From assembly GCA_012295275.1 (NCBI GenBank), contig CM022671.1:17422001-17486000 (forward strand): DNA of 64,000 nt. Direction: 5' to 3'. Numbering within the stretch: position 1 is the stretch's first letter; each line of letters starts with the position of its first letter. This DNA comes from Chrysomallon squamiferum. Taxonomy: Eukaryota; Animalia; Mollusca. Position numbers and translations under genes: made by a program. Below are positions 41,003-55,300 of this stretch, piece after piece. Under the pieces are notes generated by a model. It was not told the origin of the DNA. It did not search any database and saw only the letters and a list, made by a program, of their open reading frames with translations.

Positions 41003-44000
41003 CCATTACTATTATTACTAGACATTCTTAAATGAAGTTGGACACGGAGAAAATAAGTTTTTCAATTTTTATAAAATGACTAATCTCATGAAGGAAGATG
41101 ACAAATCTCTTCTAATCGATTTGAAGAGTATAAAGAAAATACTATGTATATATATATATATATATATATACAGGTCTTATGTATGGTTTGTCTTATTTTT
41201 TCTAAATTTGGTTCTGTAAATCTTAGACTCTTAAAGTATAAATGGATGCTACTCACCTGAATGACGGAGCCACGATGTTCTTGTAGCTGAGAGCGAGCAG
41301 TGAGTGCAGAGAGTCCAGATTCTGAATAAAACTTCGAATGTCACCTCCCAGAGTCTTCAGCATTTTGTCATAGCCGTGTTTGAGACAGTAAGTAAGAAAA
41401 TAATCACCAAACACTTCCAACACCGTCTCCAAACTCAGTTCTGTGGTTGAAAACACGTAGGAATGAAATTACACTAACAGCTACAACATTAATAATGAAA
41501 ACGACAACAATAACAGCAACAACACAACAGTAATAATAATAATAGTAGTAGTAGTAGTAGTAGTTTTGGTAGGAGTAATAATAATACTAATAATAACAGT
41601 TGCAGAAGCAGTAACAGTAATAGTAACAATTTATAACTGTAGTATTAATAAAATTATAATATCAGTAGTAACAGAAATAGTAATAGTAGTAGTACTAGTA
41701 GTAGTAATAGTAGTATTAGCAGCAGCAGCAGCAGTAGTAATAGTATTGGCGTTAATAGTTCAGACTGAAACTAAAGTGGAGGTTTACTCCTATTATATTA
41801 TAAATTATTAGATTACAAATATTTTACAGATGCTTTATTTAAAAATATTTAATACATTTTTTAACGGGATATTAAATAAGGTAAAGGTATATATGAAAGT
41901 ATGAGGCCAATATAAATACACATACACACACACACACACACACATACACACACACACACATATTATATATATTCAAATATATATATATATATCAAATTGA
42001 TATTTTTATTATAACCGAAAAACACTTTTTTGTTGCTGTTTAACTTGTTAGCAAAATAAATAAATTATGTACGGTTATATTAAAATGCTTCTGATAAAGG
42101 CTAAAATATTACGTAGATAAGTTTACTTTTAAAAATACCTGGTCATATAAAAAAAAAGCTGTCAACTGAGATTAATAAAAATGAAAAAAGAAGAAAAAGT
42201 GCAATTCATGTTAATACACGATGATTTGATTAATCTCAAGAAGCATACTGAAGTTATGACGTTATGAAAACAGCTGGTCGTCTGCTCAACGAACGTTCCA
42301 GACATCCACACATTACAACCAAACAAACTCCATCAAAAGAGAGGAAATTAAAATCTGTGTTTTTTTGTTCGGTTACTTCTCTAAATTGCTCCTGAGAATA
42401 AAAAGCTTTATAGTCCCAGCTGGATTTGTATTTTTTTGTTTTTTTGTTTTTTTGTTTTCTTGGCGCCGTGATAACGTTGTTGTTCTTTAAATTGATTTTC
42501 ATTGCATAATCAGTTTATTTGTTTAACTCTACCTGTTCTGCTGTTGCGTGCGTGTGACAAACTCTCGAGTGACGTGAAATAATGTTTTTGTACGTACAGC
42601 ACAGATACTTGAACGATAAGCACCTGTAAAATGTATTGACTGTTAACATTGTTGAAATACACAGGAGCGAGAAAAGAGGAGTTAGACGACAAGAACAGAG
42701 TGAACAGAATTTATAAAATTTTATTTATTGAACTAAGGCGATTGTGTAAGATGCACGTGTGAGTATATATACACAATGTAATTTATTTAGCTCACCCAGA
42801 ACCTTGGTCACGGCACCAATCAGTTGAAATGTTAAAGGATCTCCATAATGTGTAAATACCAGGAAGTCTTGATCTTTGTCTAGACCAGACTCGCTCCTGA
42901 AAAAAACCCCAAAATAAAATTTAGACAAAATGTGTAAAAAAAAAAAAAAAAAAAAAAGAACATAAGAAAGAAAAATAAAGCTATGTTTAGTGATATTAAT
43001 TCAAGGACGTGTATGAATCAATATTTTTCTAATTGTTATTTGACTATTCTTTCTTTCTATTGCTTTAAAAAAACAACAACCACAAAATAAATAAAACAAA
43101 CAAATTAGAAAACTTTGACGCACGATTTCGGACGGGCATGTTTGCAACTCTCCTAGCAAATTTGCGCAAAACAAGAAAAAAAAATGCGTACTTGAGTTTT
43201 TAATCCCTTTTCTTCCTTACCAAGAATTCCCCTTTCACTCTTGAGATAATAATCGGAAAAGTGTTCAACTGTTAATAGCCATCACACAACAACACTTTAA
43301 AAAAAAATAGTACTCTGACACTGATTGACGACTTGGTTTATTTTCGCACAGTGTGATTCTTTCTTCTTTTTTTTTAAATGGTAGGATACGTTAGAAAAGG
43401 CTTTAATGAACAACACAAACAAGAAACATAAATAACTAACTAAATAAATAAATAAGTCCATCCATCTATTCATTCATTCATTCATTCATTAAATAAATAA
43501 AATCAAATTCATTACAAAGAGAAACAATTGTTCTCACTAACAAATAATATGATAAATTTATAATTTCTTCAATCGGTTATTCAAAGCTGTGTCTAAAATA
43601 GCTGGACAACGAAGAAGAGTAATTTAAATATTTACTTACAGAACTTTCTCCCAGACATCTTCTCCAAATTTCACTAGAATCAGCTCCCGAACCACACAGT
43701 GTATCTGTCCATACTGAAATAAAAACATAATTTAAAAAATATAACAATAATAATATATATATTTTTTTTAAAATTATGATATCGAATTACAATAAAATGT
43801 CTAAAAAAAGAAGAAAAGAAAAGAAAAAAGAAAATGGAAAAGGAAAAAGAAATCACAGAAAACCTGAAGCGATGTTAAAACTATCGTACTAAAATAATGT
43901 CTAATAAAACTTGTATATATGTCTATATGAATGTATGTAAGTATGTATGTAAATATTTATGTATATATAAGGTTGTGTGTCTGTGTATTTGTGAACAAGT

Positions 44001-46537
44001 GCACGAATATGACGAATGTGCGTTTCTCGCACAATATACTTTTTACACAGATATATTTACCAAAATATGTATGGTACACATTTCGTGTGGGTTATCAAAC
44101 ATCTTGTTTTCATATCACCTCCAGATACATGACATCCAAACAGAACAACACAACACCAAACAGAATACGTACTGTTATCTCCCAGCACACACACACATGT
44201 GTGTGTGTAGTAACAACAGACACAAAAAACAAACAAAACTGTCTACACGGTTTTCCTCCAACGGTTCATTGATCTCATACCACTTATGACCATTATCGAA
44301 AAACGTTTCTAACTACTGAAAGCCGTGGAGTCGCACAATCTTAAAAACGTATTGTGTCCTCAATGGATCACTTGCTTTTGGCTTCACGTAACGTGTTTGC
44401 TGGCGTTGTTTTGATCACAACGTGGGTGTTGTCGGAGTCGAAAATACATCGACTGCAGATGAGTTAATGGACCGCTGCAGTATTTGTTTTGTAGGGTTTT
44501 TTTTTTTTTTTTTTTTTTTGTTATATTTTTATCGTTCTGGAACAGAAGCGACTGCATCACTAATTGTCTAATCAAAGGTTTAATGTTTTCTTTGAAGGAA
44601 ATCAAATATTTTTGCTATTTGTGTGATAGGTTCGGCCGTCTGCAGTCATATTTTAAAAAAAAAACAGAAAAAAAACCGAATCCGCAGTTAGCGAATTCTC
44701 GTTGACATCCTTATACTTGTATTCTCATATGCCGCAGACTACGGACTGAGTGTTAATAAAGTTCGGTTCAGTTAAACTAAAAGTTTCAGTGTGTGTGCGG
44801 ATGTGTATCTGCTGCCCCATTAAAAATTTACCAGTTGTGAGACAAATTTCTGATTTCGCCAGAGAGATCTGATAAAGTTTTTGGGGTTAATTTTAGATCT
44901 GTTAAATCAGTTTGTTTTAAATATACGTAAATAACTCTGAAATGGTAATTTGTTATGTAAATATAAACCTAAATAAAATTAAAAAGCAAAAGGTAGGTTA
45001 AACTTGACTGAAACGATAAGCAATCATGTACTGAAATCGGCAAAAAAAAAATATATATATAATAAAAAATAAATAAATAAATAAATAAAACAAAACATTT
45101 TTTCACTGATACAAAAATCTGATGATCTATCATAGAAAATGTGTGCAAATAATTTTAATAATTTTTAATAATATTAAGTTTTATTCAGCTCATAGTTTCT
45201 GGTTTTTTAAAGATGACGAGAAATTATTTCAAATGATCGCTTGACATTTACCTGTTCAACAGTCAGATATGTTAAAGCTGAACTTGTTAATAAGGCACAC
45301 ACACACACAGACACAACTACACAGACACCAAGACCAAACACGTATAATCATTGGTCAGAATCGATAAATACAGGACAACAAATACCCAACATTCGATCCA
45401 ACGATCAATGGACTGATCGATCCATCCATCAATAAATCAATCAGTCCGTTTACAATTCCATTGATCTATCCGACTTTCCGTCCACCCAACCATTATTCAT
45501 CCATTATGCATTTATGTGTGTATCAGTCTCTTTACCTAGCTATCTGTCTGTCTGTCTGTCTGTCTAGCTATAAATAGAAACATACACATATACAGACAGC
45601 GAAACAAGCACCCACCCACCAATTCACAAACACCGAGATATATAGGAACCCAGATATATAGAGACAAACAATCAAACAGAGAGACAGACATACAGACAGA
45701 TGAACAGACAGACAGACAGAGAAAAAGACAGACAGACGGATAAATAGATTAAAATTACATGCTACACAGCAGTATTATATATCAAGCGTATTAATTCTAA
45801 GGCGTATGCTTCTTTACAAAATTCAATGAAATCAATAGTATATTATAGTAATTATAAAGTTCTTTTTTATGTTAAACTGCTCGCGTATTAAAATCCTTTG
45901 AAATAAAATATATTTTTCCTTCAAAAAAAACAAAACGGCTAATGTGGTGTATTTGACAACGACTGGGCGTCAAGCCAAAACTCCTTTAATAAAAAAAAAA
46001 AAAAAAAAAACAAAAAGTGAATTAAAAAAAAGGGGGAAGAGGCAAACAGTCCGATAAGGAATCGATACAGAAAATATTATGCTTCATCTAAAAGTGGGGG
46101 AGAAGCCGATGAGAGAACTTCACAAACTGATTATTAATGGACACGAAAACAAAACACGACCATCTTCAGCAGTGTTTACGTGGACGTCGTTCTGCGACGG
46201 GCATGTTGTCGCTTAGTTGTCACAGGTTACAAGGAACGAATCGAATTCATTAAAGGTTCACGTCGGCTAATTAGTAATTTGGCAGAAGTACGTCACAGTT
46301 CTATTGACGTTTCTCAGTAAAGCCGCGACAGTCACGTTCACGTTTCTTTTTTTGTTTGTTTGTCTGATTTGGCGTGTAGCACGGGTAGGTTGGGATGGAT
46401 GGAATTTCAAATGTTATTAACCCGCAGAAACTGAAATTTTGTTGTTACGTAATGAACCTCAGCATATTAGCCGTAATTGTTGTTTATAAAAGTATTCATA
46501 TATTTATATAGTTCGATTATTTATTTATTTATTTATT

Positions 46538-46587
<50 letters not shown>

Positions 46588-46605
46588 CAAAACAATAACA
46601 ACAAC

Positions 46606-46636
<31 letters not shown>

Positions 46637-47056
46637 GTTAAACAGGGTCATTTTTCTATTGCTAAGTAAAATTATTCTAAGATTTAATGGCGAAAATACC
46701 ATATTTTATCAGTTTCTGGTTATTTCCTTTGCCGTAAGGCATTCTACATTACCACTGCATTCTTTTAAACTGTTTACTCTCTTCTCTCGAGCAGACTGAC
46801 AGAAACAATGGTAAAAATCAATCATACTGAAAATAATTTGTTTAATCAAGTACCTCTATTGATTCTCTTAGTAAAAGATAATTAGCAATAGGCAGAGATA
46901 AAACATTTGTGATGTACAACTGTCCAGTGCTTATTAACATTTTCCGCTTCATTCCTGTACAAGACTATTGCGTTAGATAAACAGAAACAATAGCGTGACA
47001 TTTTAACAACAATAACAGTAACAATAACCCTCTCAGTAACAGTAATAATAATAGTG

Positions 47057-47112
<56 letters not shown>

Positions 47113-47741
47113 GATATTTCAACAACAACATTAGAGTATGAGATTATTAGCTAATTATTAGCCATAATAATTCGAATTAATAAACAAATTAATAGAATAA
47201 TTAACTGACGAAATTAAAAAAAAATTATAAAAATTTAAAAACAAATAAAATCATATGATATTTACAACAGATCATCACTATTTATAAATGTATGTTTGTG
47301 TGTGTGTGTGTGTGTGTGTGTCTGTGTGTATATATTTTGAAAATATTAAAATTGCTGACACAAAATTTAAACGATGTGTATTTTAACCGCAGGCTTGTAT
47401 CTATGTATAACAATATCTACTCGGCACACGATCCACAAACTAGTGTTGTTGTATGTTAAAGCAAACAAGTGTGTTTGTATGTTACAGATCTGGTTAGGGA
47501 TGATGTCGTAATTATACCTTGGTCTGGATCATGTTAACTGATGTCTCAAGAATATTCAACAACAGTGACCCCTTCCTTAGTCTCGTCAGTATTCAGCTGA
47601 CAAGACGTTTAGACAGAGTAATTGCTGAAGGTCATAAAACCAGTTTGAAATTTTATATTTTTACATTTTTCTTCCAGGAAACCAACTAGGACGGCTGTTT
47701 GAACTGTGTATCTGATTTTGGTATAATTCACCATACCAAAG

Positions 47742-47777
<36 letters not shown>

Positions 47778-48590
47778 TATATGTATGTATGTATGTATAC
47801 ATGTGTGTGGGGGTTCTTTGGAATGGTAAATAACCATAATTACGCAATGAGCCAAGTTATATTTAAACTACTTTACGAAAGTCTTGTTGAGCCAGTACTG
47901 ATGTTTGTGCAGCTTCAAGAGGTGTACATGGTCACAGTATAGACAGCACAGTTTAGAACAAAGCTTGTCGTTTGTTTCTTGGTTCCAGGCGATCAGCTTC
48001 TGATGTGGCTAATCTTGACGACATGGGTTGGCGTGCTGGCGTCACAAAGCGAAGTGTTCAGATATTAAAACAGATAAAATTGACAATAATAGTCTATTGA
48101 CAAAAATCCACAAGTAGTCCGCAAATGTATATGCTCAAATAATTATTCTCAGACCACATAGAAAAGTTTTATCCCACTAGGCTGGTAACCTCCCTTCAAA
48201 TGTTCAAACAGGAAGATATAACCTGTTCCTTTAACAGAAAGTGTTTATACTTCTACAAGGATTGTACTGATAATGAACTCTAATTTTTTCTCTCTACACA
48301 ATGATCTTAGATATGTTTCAAACGAACATACGAATTATTTATTTATTTATTTATCTATTTATTTATTTTTTTTTTTTTTTAATGAATATTATCAAGATTT
48401 ATCTCCACGTGAACAATTAATTTTAATAATGAATGACAAAGCAAAATATGCAATAGCATGCATTTTTAAACAATGTTTTAAATGCGCAAGAGCCTTCTTA
48501 TTTCAGTTATATTTAGTTACCTTGTTACAGATTTTTATTTTTATATTTATATTTAGTATCATAATTGTAAATGACCACCTTTTTATAAAT

Positions 48591-48629
<39 letters not shown>

Positions 48630-50347
48630 TCTTAGTTCTACAATCAGTATTTTATACGGGTGTAATTATTCAAAAATTTCTTATTAAGTATATATATATA
48701 TACACTCATCATATATATATATATATGTATGTCTTATGCGTCTCATTAGTCTAATTAGGCTAGATAACAATACCATGATAGAAATAATGTGTGTGTTATT
48801 GTAATACATATATGTATGTATCTGAGGGTCTGCGTGCGTTTGAGTGTGTTGTGTTTAACTGTTTATTAAAGTGTCACATGACAATAAAAAAAAATATATA
48901 TATATATATATTTAAAATTCTCTGCCTCTCTCTACATATATATATATATATATAGAACAACGAAGTAGAGTTGAACACATTAATTAAAGACAATTACAAA
49001 ACAAACCAAAAATGTCAAGTGTGACAGTGAAATAATTAAAGTTAAGATAGGCAACATAGACATAATCACTATCTGGCCCATTCTTTCTGGCTTCGTTAAA
49101 ACTACCTTCTTATCTTATGTTTAATAGTTAATCCCTGGCAGGATCAAACACCTTCACAATGTGCCGGCAAAGAGATATGTCTTAATACCTAAAACACAGC
49201 TTGTCTACTGAACCAGAGAAACCGGTCTCTAAACACATGACAAGTCTTTACTGTGTTTGTTAGTCTAAACATAACATTATATTGAACGGTGACATAGGTC
49301 ATTTAGTTCGCAGAGAAGCATAGAAAATCGAGTTGACTTGTTTGTGTAATAAGATAAATTACCTCTAAACATGGCTGTCTTCAAGCGAAGGCAGTAATCA
49401 GTAGCTAAAGGCAGTTTCACACTAGATAATTTTATTTACGCACCTTTTTTCTTTTTAGTGGTGGATTGTGAACTTTTGAACTGCTCAAGGACTGCTAATT
49501 AATTAATCATTAATAATCATACGATAAACTCTCATTAGTAAAATCAGTAATACCAGAAAAAAACGAAAAAAAAAACACCTTTTCATCTAAAAATTGTTAT
49601 GTATTTTTTTTTTTTTTGTAGCTTGTGACAGATCGTTCCGCGAAATCATATCGGATTAAACATCCTTCAGAGGCAACGAAGTATAATAACGAGGTACAAC
49701 TCTTTCATAAACAGATATCATCGTTTGTAAGTTATTAATTTAATCCAGCAATGGTTCTCGGAGAAATAAGCAAGGTAACAAATCATTCCAAGCGAATAAT
49801 TAAGTAGTAGTAATTATTGCAGGAAATGTGCAGTTTGCAAATATCGCTAATTAAAGCTGTAATTTGGTAAAGATTATTATATCACAAGGTCCATATTGCC
49901 AGCATTAAGAAGTGTAATGGCGGAATTAATTTCAGTAATAAAAAAAAACCCCAATAAAAAAAAACAATAAGAAAAATTAAAAAAAAGATTTAAAAAAATC
50001 ATGTCGCAGACATGGCGGTACCGGAAGAGAACAGGCTGTGAGTAGTAGTCATTGGTTACGTGAACGGAACAAACTGAAACCAGTCTATGGTTCCGGCGTT
50101 ATGGATTGTTCTAAAACAGTTCATAGCTGTACTATGAATCCGAGTTATCATTTCAGTTATGAATTCAAAATATGAATCAGGGGAACATTATTATTATTAT
50201 TATCATCATCATAATTCTCCTCCTCATCATAATAACAATAACAATAACAATAATCATAATAACAATAATAATAATAATTATTATTATTTTTATTATCATT
50301 AATATTAATGATTATTATTATTATTATTATTACTATTATTATTGTTC

Positions 50348-50391
<44 letters not shown>

Positions 50392-51163
50392 TATTATTAT
50401 TATTATCATTACTTTTAATTATTATTATTATTATTATTATATTATTATTATTATTATTAAAATTAATTATTATGTTATTATTATTATTATTATTATGATT
50501 ATTATTATTAGTAGTAGTAGTAGTAATAGTAAGTTTTTGTTTTATTGTAGAACATATTGCTTCCTTCGATTGGGACGAGTAGTGATGAATTAACGAACAA
50601 AAGTTCAAACTGGTAAAAGTTATTATCGTATTATCCGATAGAACCAGGAAGTCAGATATCGTAATAAGAAATACTCATTATGTTATAATTATGACATCGC
50701 TGATGAATTTCATTATATATTTGATATTTTATTGGGATTTTTTTTTTTTTTTTTTCTGAAGATGGAGGAATTATCTTTTTCTTTTGTATTTTTTCTTTTC
50801 GGGATTTAAAAAAAAAAAAAAAAAAATGGTTTTATGAATTATTTCCCATCTTACTGTGAATTAAAACAAAATACGTAAAAATGTTTAAAGCTATTTAACC
50901 GAAAAGGCTAGCTGTTTGTTATTTGGTAAATATTTAGTTATAAAATTTTAAAAAATCTCGCCTCTTATTTTTTCTAAGTATATATGTATTCTAAATTCTA
51001 CTTATCTTATGTATATATGTGTGCGTGTGTGTATGTACATATATATATGCAAACATACACACACACACACACACACACAATGTTATCAAATATATTATAT
51101 TATAATTAGAAAATCGACAGAGTTTAGTTTAGTTCTCTTTAACGAATTTTTAATTGTTAGAAA

Positions 51164-51210
<47 letters not shown>

Positions 51211-52289
51211 ATTAATAACAATAAATAGTAATAAGTAGTAGTAGTAGTAGTAATAGTAGTAGTAGTAATAATAACAATAATATCAAAAATAATAAAACCA
51301 AACGTATTTGACTGAAATCTTCTGGTGGACGATTCCTTACAACAAAGAAAACTGTAAATTCAGTTGTCATGTTCGTCACTTTGAATCACGATGGGTTTTG
51401 GGGGGACTTTTTGTTTGTTTTCTCTTTATATATATATATATATATATATATATTTTTTTCTGTCTTGTAATAATTTCAAGTACTAACATTTTCTAGTAAT
51501 TTCATTGTTAAAAGTAGATAAAGCAAATGATAACTATGCACAGATCAGATGAACATAATTAATTTTTGTTTTTTACTTTTTTTTTTTTCTGAAATGTCTT
51601 ATTAATTAAACATTTTTAAATAATAAAAATAATAATAATAGTAATAATGATGATGATGATGATGATAACAAGTAACTCGTGTCAGCAGTAATTTTCTAAA
51701 CTAAAAATAAATGAACTATTTCAAAAATAATTCTGGCCAATATTTTGTATGGCAATACTGACACAATATTCAGCGATTAAAATTTGTCTGTGCTGGTACG
51801 AATAAATATAATTCTTTATACTTTCCAGTTATTATTTATCACTTTTGTGGCGACCTGTCGTTTGCTCTTTATAAAGCAAAACCTTAAAATAATAACGTTA
51901 AAAAGAAACATCTGAAATCTGCTTTTTTACCCATTCACATGATGTCACCGCATAAATGGCGGATTGTAACTATAACTGTAACTATATATATATATATATA
52001 TATAAAGAAAAGAAAAGTAATATATACATATATACATATATATATATTACTCTTTTTCTGTTTTTTTAACGCCAAAAGAAACTTTAAAACATATCCGTTC
52101 TGTAAGCGATGATGTCACGATTACAGAAAAATGGCTGTGCCCAGATATTTTTATTCTGTATTCTTTTGTTATTATACTTTGTTATTAACTGGGTGCTGGG
52201 TGGTACAAAACAAATAAAACATAACTTGGAAGAACGTAGAATATATTTAAATTAATTTTGATAAATCCACAGTTAAATTTTAACAACAA

Positions 52290-52361
<72 letters not shown>

Positions 52362-55300
52362 TCCTGCTGTTCCTCTTTGATGACTTTTATTCGCAAAATT
52401 CGAAAACTATAATTTTTAAAGAACAGAGCATTCTAATGTTGCATTCTACGTTTTAACGGCTTTGTTTCTGTACACAGTAATAAGCATGCAGACATTAACA
52501 ATGGTTTTCAGGGTTGCTGTGAGAAAAACGACCGGCCTTATTGCACTGGAAATGTATCTGATAAATAAGGTGTAATATGATCGAATAATAGACTGTGAAC
52601 TGATGATACGTTACAAGTCTTTATTACATATTAGTTATCTGCTTTGTGCTATAGACTGATACATATTTCTAATATCTGTTTCTTCGATGGTTTCTCTCAG
52701 TCTAGCTGTAGCCTCCCTCCACCCTTTTTTAAATTTATTTATTTAATGTTGACAACCAATATATTTTATTGTCAACTCATTTAATCTTCAGTGATAATAA
52801 CTACACCACAATGATGATATCCCTTACTGTCCTTTTTTCCCATTCTGGATTCGCCCCTTATTTATACCAATACTTTATAAGTATACTCGACTGGAAAGCA
52901 ATCGTCTTGGTCTGTAACTGATTTAGAAAATTCATTTTTTGATGACAGATTATGGCTTACTAGCATCTCAGTGTAGACTAAATCGCATTATATGCGTATA
53001 AGAACATTTTTATTACTGTATGAAGACGAGATATCTCGTGGCATGAAAACTGTTTCCTAACATAGAATTTATTTTGTGTTTTCCTCACGATGTGTGCAAT
53101 ATAATAACAATGTGTGTGTGTGAGTGTGCATGTTTGTGTGTGTGTTTATGTATGTATGTATGTATGTATGTATGTATGTATGTATGTATGTATGTATATA
53201 TATATATATATATATATATAGTAATGGAAAAAGGAACTGTGCATGATATAATAGTTCATACAACGGCACATTTTCCAAAATTACAGAAAGGCACAATCAA
53301 TACATATTCATAAAAGCATTGTCTTCAATATTCTGGTCATGGTTCAGTCCTTACACATGCATTTCATGCAAGGTGCACAATTTTATGTTTTGCCTGTTTT
53401 GGGGCCACATGATACTCACACACGTTGTTTAACCCTTTGTAACTCTAAAAACATATGTCTGTTTAACAGAATACGAAAGTCACGTCATGTCACGTCTTTC
53501 CGAAAACCTACGTCCTCGCGCCGTTGCTATGCTGCAGGCAGGAACAGCACAGAACGAAATTGCTCGCCATTTTGGTGTAGACCGATAACTTGACAAGGGG
53601 AGGCTGTCAGAGTGTGACGTCACGTTAACAAAGATGACCACATTAGGTTGGTTCATTTACGAAAATTGCCACTTTTAACAGCTTGAACCATTCCTGCCAT
53701 TAGCGCCAGGACCGTACTGAATCGACTACTGAAACGTAACATCCGGCCCTGACGACCAGCCCACTTTTACGACCACATCATTGGCAGACTCATTTGAAAT
53801 GGTGTCAACAACATCTAAGGTTCAGGCGACAAAACTGGTACACTGCACCGTTCATAGATATGTCTGAGTTTCACCTGGGCAGCGCTGATGGACACGCAAT
53901 GATCTATGGACGTCAAGGGGAACGTTTTGTCGGCGCTTGCGATATTCAACGTCGTTCATTTGGAGGCGAAAGAATGATGGTTTGCGGCTGTATCAAATCT
54001 CACGGACGGACCCGCCTGTTTCTCCGCACCTCTCACCAGTTGAACATGGCTGGGATGGAATGGAACGACGTTTACGTTGTAACCAGAATCAGGCGGTAAC
54101 GCTTGCCCAGCTGGTACAACCTTTGACTGAGATAAGGAACTCCATTCCACAAGTATTTTACAACCGTCTAGTTCTGTCTATGCGGTGACGTTTACCATAT
54201 CTGCATCAATTTACTGCTTATCGTGGTCACACGCCAAACTGACTCTGTGTATTAACTTTTTGAACCACCCCTCTTTTGGCACGGAAGGACAAAGACGAAT
54301 GAGTTCATCACAAACCTGAGATGCCTCTGATGAGACTCGAACGTATGGCACCCATTCGCTCACACTCTGGAGGTTGATGACCAAGCCAACCTTTGAACAA
54401 ACTGCTCAGTAATCAAGGATAATCATCGCTGCCTTGTAAATTTTCTGGTATATTTATTTTGGTGGTTAACCTGTATCTGTGTTTGTATATATGTATATGT
54501 ATATGTATATGTTTAATTTTTTTTTTTTTTTTTTGTTATGTTCAGAGGTATGTGTTTAAATATGTATGTTTAAATAAGTTTATCCCTTCTATTTATTTAC
54601 GTAATCACAATACTTTATTTATTATTAAAATAATTTTAAAAAATCAAATTAAAAAAAAAAAAAAAAAAAAAAATTGTGAACCTCCTTAGCTTTGTGAACA
54701 AAGAATGTAAAGATCAGGTCATATAAATTGCATGTTTTCTTATCTTAATCACAGTAAGTAAATACACACTCAAGCATATATACACAATTATATAGACACT
54801 CACATACACACACACACGTGTATATATGTTTGGGTGTGTGTGTGCGTGCGTATATATATATATGTGTGTGTGTGTGTGTTGTCTACATGCTTTTATCTTT
54901 GTAACCAAAACAGTGTAATTACATTTAACGATTAATAATTCATATACACAGAATTCTGAATAATTCATCCGTAACTAATGTGGAGAATTATTATATTTTT
55001 TTTTTTTTTTTTATTTTATTTATTTTTTTTTTTTTTTTTTTTGGCATTATTTCGTATACGTATGTTATCAACGGAATTATCAGTTCCCAGTAGAGCGTTG
55101 AAATCCAGTTTTTTTAAAGTAACGTAACAGAATAAACATCCTGCAAGTTACTCGGCTTTTCAGTCGCCATTGTTATCAAGACAAAAAAATTTACCTTGCA
55201 TGTATTCGAGTTAGGATAATCGTTAAAACATTTTATATTTTCTCGCTAAACGAAACTGTCAAGCGGATATGACGTCATGTAGAAAAGTTAGTTTTTATAA

